Origin: Myxococcales bacterium
GTDB lineage: Bacteria; Desulfobacterota; Binatia; HRBIN30
Assembly: GCA_037445065.1 (NCBI GenBank)
Contig: JBBILD010000009.1
Span: 1 to 64,000 of the forward strand
DNA length: 64,000 nt
Reading direction: 5' to 3'
In this document: piece by piece, positions 57,617 through 64,000 of the stretch
Numbering within the stretch: position 1 is the stretch's first letter
Layout: each line of letters opens with the position of its first letter
Notes under the pieces: generated by a model
What the model was told of the DNA's origin: nothing
Database searches by the model: none
What the model saw: the letters and a program-made list of their open reading frames with translations, nothing else
Made by a program: the position numbers and the translations under genes

Positions 57617-60600
57617 ATGCTTTGGGTGCATCGCAGCAATCGGCTGGAAGAACTCGTAAGCGTTTTGCTCGAGTATTTGAGCGACGATCGCCCGCACCCA
57701 CTGCAAAAGCAGCCGATCGTCGTGCAAGGTGCGGGAATGGACCGTTACCTAGCGCAGCGCCTGGCGGCTCACTTCGGGATTTGGGCGAACGCCAGCTTCC
57801 CCTTTCCCCGCAACTTCTTCGAGTACTGGTTTGCGCAAGCAGGCATCGCTCCGGTGGAAGGCGGCGATCCGTACGCAGTGGAAGACCTCACCTGGGCCAT
57901 CGCCCAGCTACTGCCCCAAATGTGGTCGCAGCCCGCGTTCGAACCGCTCTTGGGTTACGCCCGCGCGCTCGCCGAGCCGCAAGACACGGAGCCAGGGGCG
58001 GGCCTCGCTCGCGAGCACCTCGCCCTCGCCCACCGCCTGGCCCGCGTGTTCGACCGTTACGTGGTTTACCGTGCCGACTTGCTTCATAGCTGGGAGCGAC
58101 TCGCTCCTCGCGACGATTGGCAGTGCCAGCTCTGGCGTGCCCTCACCGAGCACCTTGCCGCCCCCCACTTTGCGGCTCGCGCCAAGCAATGGGTGGAGCG
58201 ACTCGGGCAAGGCAACGTGCCTCTTCCCGCACGGGTGTATTTCTTCAACCTCTTGCACCTACCGCCCCTGTACGTCGAGTTACTGGGCCAACTCGGCCGT
58301 TCCACCGAGGTACACTTGTTCTTGCTCAGCCCGTCGCGCGAGTACTGGGCAGAGATCCGCGCCCGGCGGAAGATTCTGCAAGAAAACCGCGCCCTCTTCG
58401 GCTCTGTGCAGCAGCTCGAGGAAGCCTGGAAGCAAGCCGTGGGCAACCCCTTGCTCGCTTCGCTGGGCCGCCTTGGCGGCGAGTTGCAAGCCGTGCTCGA
58501 GGGAACGCTCGACTACCAGGACAGCGACCGGTACCAGGACCCTGCCGAGAACTCCCTACTGCACGTGCTGCAGGCAGACATGTTCTCCTTACAGCGGCGC
58601 GCTGCAGACGGCTCGCTCCCCCCATACCCGCTCGGCCCGAGCGATCGCTCCGTGCAGGTGCACAGTTGCCACAGCCCGAAACGCGAAGTGGAAGTGCTGC
58701 ACGATCTCATTCGCGACTCCCTGGAAGCGGACCCCAGCTTGCGTCCGGAAGACTGCTTGGTGTTGTGCCCGGACCTCGCCACCTACGCACCCCTGATTCA
58801 CGCCACCTTCGGCAACCCGCTGCTGGGCGAGCGTGCGATCCCGTACCACGTTGCGGATCAGCCACTGCGCTCCACGGACGAACTCGTGGACGCACTGTTC
58901 GCCGCTCTCGATCTTCTGCGCGGGCGCGCTCCCAGTAGCGCCGTGCTGGGGCTGCTCGCGCGCCCCCCGGTGCGGGCTCGCTTCGGTGTCTCCGCCGAGG
59001 ACATGGACCGTTTGCGCCAGTGGATCGAAGAAACGCGCGTGCACTGGGGCTTCGACGCCACCCACCGCGAGGAGGAGGGCTGGCCGCCGATCGCCGAGCA
59101 TACGTGGGAGTTCGGCTTACAACGCCTTTTCCTCGGCGCCGCCATGGCTGCCGACGAGCGGCGCCTTTACCAAGGCGTTTTGCCCTACAACGACGTGGAG
59201 GGAGACGGGGCCGAACTGGCAGGGAAACTGGCGGAGTTCTGCCATCGCTTGCGCACGTTCCGCGCCAGGATGGCAGGGAAGAAACCTGTGGCAGAGTGGA
59301 CCCGTTTGCTCGACGAGCTGCGCACGAGCTTGTTTGCCACGCAAGAACCGTACAGCAGCCAGCACCGATCCATCCGCGAGCAATTGCGCGAAATCGAACG
59401 CGCCGCCCAGCGTGCACGCTTTTCGCACCTGGTGGAGTTGGAAGCGGTGACCGACCGTCTGGCCTCCCTCCTCGAGGAGCGAGCGCGCCCGTACGGATTC
59501 TTGGCTGGCGGCGTGAACTTTTGCGCCTTGCGGTCCACTCGCTGCATCCCCGCGCGAGTGGTGTGCTTGCTCGGCCTCAGCGAGAACTCGTTTCCCCGCA
59601 ACGAGCTGCCTCTGCCCCATGACCGGCTGACCAGTGAGCCACGCCCTGGCGACCCCAATCCGCGCGAAGAGGACCGCTACACGTTCTTGCTCGCCCTCCT
59701 GTCCGCACGAGACCGATTCATCGTTACGTACTGCGGGCAGGATTTGCGCAACAACGCCGCCCTTCCACCCGCCACGGTGGTGCAAGAGCTGCTCGACACA
59801 ATCGATGAAAGTTGCCGGACCGACTCGGCCTCACCTGCGCACCAGCACGTGCTGGTCAAACATCCGTTGCATCCCTTCAGCCCCAAGTACTTTCGCCGCG
59901 AAGAGGGGCCTTGGTTCAGCTTTTCCCCGTCGCTGTGCCGCGCGGCGGAGAGCTTAAGCGGGCCACGCGCCGCGCCTGAGCTGTGGTTTCCGGAAAAACA
60001 CGAACTACCCCCTTGGAGCGAACCGGAACTGCCGCTTCCCAAGCTGGTTTCGTTTTTCCGCCACCCGCAGCGCGAGCTGTTGCGCACCCGCTTCGAAATT
60101 CGCTCAACCGATGAGGGGTTCACCGATCTCGACCAGGAACCGATCGAGCTCGACAGCCTGCAGGAATGGCAGTTGGGAACGTTCTTGCTGGAGTGCCGCC
60201 TAAACGGCATGCACCCCGAGGAAAGCTTGGATTACGCACGGGCAGCGGGTCTGCTTCCGCCGGGGCGACTCGGCGGCTTCGCTCTGGAGGAGGTCCGCGC
60301 AACCGTGGAAGCGCTGGTGCAGGCGGTTGCGAAGAACCGCTCGGGCAAGGCCCTCCCCGCCGTTCCGCTCGCGTTACCTTTTACGCACCCCCGAGGATCC
60401 GACGCAGAGGAAGGCAATGGGAAAGGGTCGCTGCTGCTCACCGGCCGGCTTCCGGAGCTGTGGAAAAAGGCGCAGGTCCTGTACACCTTTTCCAAGATCG
60501 AGCGGGGCGAAGAACTGCGGGCTTGGCTTCTGCATTTGGCACTCAACTGCTTGCCGGACCGCGCGCTGCCCAAAAGGACCGTGCTGGTCGGCCGATCGAC

Positions 60601-60979
60601 AAACGGCACGGCCGCCGTACTGCACTTTGCCCCGGTGCGAGAGGCGCGCGCGCTGTTGCAGGAGTTGACCCATTGGTTTTGCCTCGGCATGCGCGCGCCG
60701 TTGCCTTTTGCACTGCGCGCCTCGCGTGCCTGCGCTGAGCAGTTGGCAGGGGGAAAGGACCGCAAGGAGTCCGAGCGCGCTGCTGAGGCTCGTTTGGTGG
60801 AACGGTTCGACGGTGGCGAGGCGCCAGCCGACCCAGCGTTTTTACTCCTTTACGGCACGCACGAGCCGCGGGTGGAAGACCTCGACGCGCGCCGCCCCCG
60901 AGGCAGCCCGCGGTTCGCGGAACTGGCGCAAAAGGTGTTTTCGCCTTTGTGGGAGCACAGCTCCATCGCGGAGGACTGA
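57617..60979 (+). CDS. recC: Exodeoxyribonuclease V gamma subunit
   Basis: HRSNRLE, SPSREYW, NPLLASLG, QVHSCHSPKREVEVL, EEDRYTFL, HPLHPFS. Confidence 0.93.
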   Translation: MLWVHRSNRLEELVSVLLEYLSDDRPHPLQKQPIVVQGAGMDRYLAQRLAAHFGIWANASFPFPRNFFEYWFAQAGIAPVEGGDPYAVEDLTWAIAQLLPQMWSQPAFEPLLGYARALAEPQDTEPGAGLAREHLALAHRLARVFDRYVVYRADLLHSWERLAPRDDWQCQLWRALTEHLAAPHFAARAKQWVERLGQGNVPLPARVYFFNLLHLPPLYVELLGQLGRSTEVHLFLLSPSREYWAEIRARRKILQENRALFGSVQQLEEAWKQAVGNPLLASLGRLGGELQAVLEGTLDYQDSDRYQDPAENSLLHVLQADMFSLQRRAADGSLPPYPLGPSDRSVQVHSCHSPKREVEVLHDLIRDSLEADPSLRPEDCLVLCPDLATYAPLIHATFGNPLLGERAIPYHVADQPLRSTDELVDALFAALDLLRGRAPSSAVLGLLARPPVRARFGVSAEDMDRLRQWIEETRVHWGFDATHREEEGWPPIAEHTWEFGLQRLFLGAAMAADERRLYQGVLPYNDVEGDGAELAGKLAEFCHRLRTFRARMAGKKPVAEWTRLLDELRTSLFATQEPYSSQHRSIREQLREIERAAQRARFSHLVELEAVTDRLASLLEERARPYGFLAGGVNFCALRSTRCIPARVVCLLGLSENSFPRNELPLPHDRLTSEPRPGDPNPREEDRYTFLLALLSARDRFIVTYCGQDLRNNAALPPATVVQELLDTIDESCRTDSASPAHQHVLVKHPLHPFSPKYFRREEGPWFSFSPSLCRAAESLSGPRAAPELWFPEKHELPPWSEPELPLPKLVSFFRHPQRELLRTRFEIRSTDEGFTDLDQEPIELDSLQEWQLGTFLLECRLNGMHPEESLDYARAAGLLPPGRLGGFALEEVRATVEALVQAVAKNRSGKALPAVPLALPFTHPRGSDAEEGNGKGSLLLTGRLPELWKKAQVLYTFSKIERGEELRAWLLHLALNCLPDRALPKRTVLVGRSTNGTAAVLHFAPVREARALLQELTHWFCLGMRAPLPFALRASRACAEQLAGGKDRKESERAAEARLVERFDGGEAPADPAFLLLYGTHEPRVEDLDARRPRGSPRFAELAQKVFSPLWEHSSIAED

Positions 60980-63900
60980 TGGCGGTCCGTCCCCTCGACC
61001 CGCTTCGCGTGCCGCTTTCTGGCACAACCTTGATCGAAGCCAGCGCCGGCACGGGCAAGACCCACACCATCACCACTCTTTACTTGCGCTTGCTTCTCGA
61101 GCGCGCCCTGGCAGTGGAACAAATCCTGGTCGTCACCTTCACCCGCGCTGCCACTGCAGAACTCGCCGATCGCATCCGTCGGCGGATCAGCGATCTGCTG
61201 GCCGTCTTGTCCGGGAAACCCGCTGCCGACCGCGAACTCGAAGCATTGGCCGCCTCTCGGCCGCCCGAGAAGCGGCAAGAGGACCAAGTACGCTTGCTCA
61301 CCGCCCTGTACAGCTTCGACCTAGCCGCGGTGTTCACGATCCACAGCTTCTGCCTGCGCATGCTACAGCAGCATGCCTTCGAAAGTGGCCTCGCCTTCGA
61401 TGTGGGCCTTTCTCCCGACACCTCGCGCCTCGCGGAACAGCTCTGCGATGATTTCTGGGTCCGCCTGGCACAAGAAAACGCGGACCCACAAATCCAGCGC
61501 CTCTTCTGCCCGAAGGACGACCAGCGCTTCCTGACCGCCAAGAAAGCGCGCTCGCTCTTGCAGCAAATCGTGCGGCTTAAACTCCGCCATCCGGACTTGC
61601 AGGTCGTCTGGGGCGACCGTTCCGCCGATCGGCCGGAGCGGTCGTGGGCACGGGTCTGCCAGGAGTGCCTGGACTACGTGCTGCGCGCGCGCGAGCAGCA
61701 CTTGCGCCGCTCGCGCACGCTCGGCTTTGATGACCTTTTACGGCGCTTCCGCGATGCACTGCGACAGCACGAACGCCTGGCCCACTCGGTGCGACAGCAG
61801 TTTCCCGCCGCCCTCATTGATGAGTTTCAAGACACCGACCCCGTGCAGTACGACATCTTCCGCACACTCTACGTGCAGCAACCGGACTGTTCCTTGTTCC
61901 TGATCGGCGATCCGAAACAGTCCATCTACGCTTTCCGCGGCGCCGATGTGTTCGCGTACCTGCGCGGTAAACGAGACGCCCAGCGCCAGTTCACCCTAAC
62001 TCGGAATTGGCGTTCGTGGCCGGCTCTGGTGGAAGCCGTGAATCACCTATTACTGAACGCACAGACGGAACCCCCGTTTGTGCTCGAGGGAATCGAGTTC
62101 CACCCAGCGAAGTCCGCCCTCGACGGCTCTGCACCGGAGGCGGGGTTGGAACTCCTGTTCGTCCCTAGCCCGGAGGGAACCAGGAACAAACAGGACGCGC
62201 GCCCCCTCGTGTGCAACCTCGTCGCTCGGGAGATCCGGCGCTTCGTGGAAAGCAAACCACGCTTCGGCGAGGAGGAAATCTCCTACGGCAGCATCGCCGT
62301 GCTCTGTAACACCAACGCCCAAGCGCTGGACCTGCAGCGCGCCTTGCGCCGCCTCGGCATCCCGTCGGCGCTGGAAAGCGAAGCCAGTGTCTTCGACAGC
62401 GACGAGGCACGCGAGTTGGAATGGGTGCTGGCAGCGGTGGCCGACCCCTTTGACAATGGCAGGGTAAAAGCCGCACTGGCCACTTCGCTGTTCGGCTGGA
62501 GAGCCCCGGCTCTGTTCGACCCCCCGGAGAACGTGATGGACAAGACGCACGAGCAGTTCTTCGAGTGGCGCGATCATTGGCGGCGCTACGGCGTGATGGC
62601 GGCTCTGCAAGCGATTTTGGAGGCAACGCAAGCCTTGCCGCGCCTGCTTACCCTAGCCGACGGCGAGCGGCGAGTGACCAACTTCTTCCATCTCGCTGAA
62701 CTGCTGCAGCGTGCCGCGGAAGAGCAACGGCTCGATCCGCTCTCACTGGTGCGCTGGCTGGGCCTGATGCGCCGCAGTAGCGAGGCGCGTAACTCCGAGA
62801 TCGGCTTCGGCGAGGAGGCGCAACTGCGGCTCGAGAGCGACGAGCGAGCCGTCAAATTGGTCACCATCCACAAGAGCAAGGGGCTTCAGTATCCGATCGT
62901 GTACTGCCCGTTTCTTTGGGACGCGAATACGCGTGCGAGCAAGGAACTCCCGCTCTTCCACCAACAGCCAGACTTCACCTTGCAGCTCGACGCTCGCCTC
63001 ACACCGGCGCGGGAATCGCTTCTTGCGGCTCGGCGGGAAGAGCAGGCCGAAGCGCGCCGCCGCCTGTACGTGGCCCTCACACGCGCCCGCCTGCGCTGCA
63101 CCGTGGTGTGGGGAAACTTCAACGGTGCGGCGCAGTCGGCGCTGGCCGGCCTCCTCCATCCACACGCGATTACCCGCAACCAGGACGGCCGACCGAACTG
63201 GAACAGATCTTTCACGCTACAGGGAGACAGCGCTTTCCTGCGCGACTTAAACCAGCTCGCCAGCAGCTCGAACGGCAGCATCCGTGTCCGCAGATGGGAA
63301 CCCCCGCGCGGCCAGACGACCTCCACCACTTCCGCGGCTGTGGGCGCTGGGTCGCTCGCTGCACGCCCCACGCAGCGAGTCCTTACAGCTTCCTGGCAGG
63401 TGGCTAGCTTCACCACTTTGATCCAGGGCCACGATCCCACCCGGCCCGTGCTGAGCGAGGGCACGGACTACGACGCAGTGGGCACAACGACGTTGGACGG
63501 CGCGCCTGCACCGGGGCAGGGTCTGCTGTTCTCCACCTTTCCTCCTGGGCCGGTCAGCGGGGAAATTCTGCACGGCGTCCTCGAACGGCTCGAGTTCACC
63601 CGTCCCGTCAGCGAGCAGCGCGATCTACTCGAGGCTGCGCTGGCGGGAAGTCCGCTCGGGAACGCATCTGACCTCGAAAGCAGCTTACAACAAGTTTTGG
63701 ATACGGAGCTGCCCACTGGCTTTCGCCTGGCCGACATCCCGCGCCGCCAGTGCCTGCACGAACTCGACTTTCTCCTGCCCGTGCACGCTAGCGAGGGTGG
63801 GCAGCGGTTCGTGCGTCCGGCCGATCTTCAGCAGACCTTTGCCCGCCACTGCCAGCTCCCGAATGCGCGCGCGTACGCGGAAAGCCTCGCCCGCCTCCCG

Positions 63901-64000
63901 TTTCCTGCATGGGAAGGATTTCTCAAAGGGTACATGGATCTCGTCTTTGAGCACGAGGGGTGCTGGTACCTGGTGGATTACAAGTCGAACCAGGTGGGAG
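60979..64000 (+). CDS. recB: Exodeoxyribonuclease V beta subunit (3' partial)
   Basis: TGATG overlap; IEASAGTGKT, TFTRAATAEL, IDEFQDTD, GDPKQSIYAFRGAD, TIHKSKGLQY, LYVALTRA, nuclease GYMDLVF...VDYKSN; absent from the ORF track because it runs off the window. Confidence 0.95.
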   Translation, partial: MAVRPLDPLRVPLSGTTLIEASAGTGKTHTITTLYLRLLLERALAVEQILVVTFTRAATAELADRIRRRISDLLAVLSGKPAADRELEALAASRPPEKRQEDQVRLLTALYSFDLAAVFTIHSFCLRMLQQHAFESGLAFDVGLSPDTSRLAEQLCDDFWVRLAQENADPQIQRLFCPKDDQRFLTAKKARSLLQQIVRLKLRHPDLQVVWGDRSADRPERSWARVCQECLDYVLRAREQHLRRSRTLGFDDLLRRFRDALRQHERLAHSVRQQFPAALIDEFQDTDPVQYDIFRTLYVQQPDCSLFLIGDPKQSIYAFRGADVFAYLRGKRDAQRQFTLTRNWRSWPALVEAVNHLLLNAQTEPPFVLEGIEFHPAKSALDGSAPEAGLELLFVPSPEGTRNKQDARPLVCNLVAREIRRFVESKPRFGEEEISYGSIAVLCNTNAQALDLQRALRRLGIPSALESEASVFDSDEARELEWVLAAVADPFDNGRVKAALATSLFGWRAPALFDPPENVMDKTHEQFFEWRDHWRRYGVMAALQAILEATQALPRLLTLADGERRVTNFFHLAELLQRAAEEQRLDPLSLVRWLGLMRRSSEARNSEIGFGEEAQLRLESDERAVKLVTIHKSKGLQYPIVYCPFLWDANTRASKELPLFHQQPDFTLQLDARLTPARESLLAARREEQAEARRRLYVALTRARLRCTVVWGNFNGAAQSALAGLLHPHAITRNQDGRPNWNRSFTLQGDSAFLRDLNQLASSSNGSIRVRRWEPPRGQTTSTTSAAVGAGSLAARPTQRVLTASWQVASFTTLIQGHDPTRPVLSEGTDYDAVGTTTLDGAPAPGQGLLFSTFPPGPVSGEILHGVLERLEFTRPVSEQRDLLEAALAGSPLGNASDLESSLQQVLDTELPTGFRLADIPRRQCLHELDFLLPVHASEGGQRFVRPADLQQTFARHCQLPNARAYAESLARLPFPAWEGFLKGYMDLVFEHEGCWYLVDYKSNQVG

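Noticed and set aside
1..64000. rRNA, tRNA, CRISPR arrays, riboswitches
   Set aside because: None recognised by eye; an Rfam or tRNA scan is needed to exclude small RNAs in spacers such as 31340-31810.

Overview
High-GC bacterial chromosomal DNA. Pro/Thr-linker secreted proteins and a Cys-flanked dockerin-like C-terminal tag suggest Candidatus Binatia, but this is an inference. Left to right: (1) an envelope-signalling cluster with a YVTN beta-propeller protein, TPR/beta-barrel, secreted FecR-domain protein, alpha/beta hydrolase, dockerin-tagged secreted protein, zinc-finger anti-sigma with SH3b, and an atypical ECF-like sigma, divergent from a caspase-TolB-NTF2 fusion and an outer-membrane barrel; (2) a glpD / alkyl-DHAP-synthase-like / glpK-like operon; (3) a BMP-type ABC importer with only one permease and a ZnuACB-type metal importer; (4) a devBCA-like exporter whose devC is amber-interrupted and whose ATPase carries a GAF domain; (5) a GMC oxidoreductase, a decayed dockerin-tagged gene, a HAD hydrolase, uppP and two APC permeases; (6) a probable acquired block (about 36.4-50.9 kb) with a three-subunit DAB inorganic-carbon pump and divergent ArsR, a VOC protein, and two decaying Type I restriction-modification loci, each with a REP-associated tyrosine transposase (RAYT) remnant, plus palindromic elements inside hsdM and hsdS of the first locus; (7) moaA, enoyl-CoA hydratase, penicillin-acylase lipoprotein, thiI, recC and partial recB. 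No rRNA, tRNA or CRISPR array was recognised. All family assignments come from motif recognition by eye; no database searches were run.
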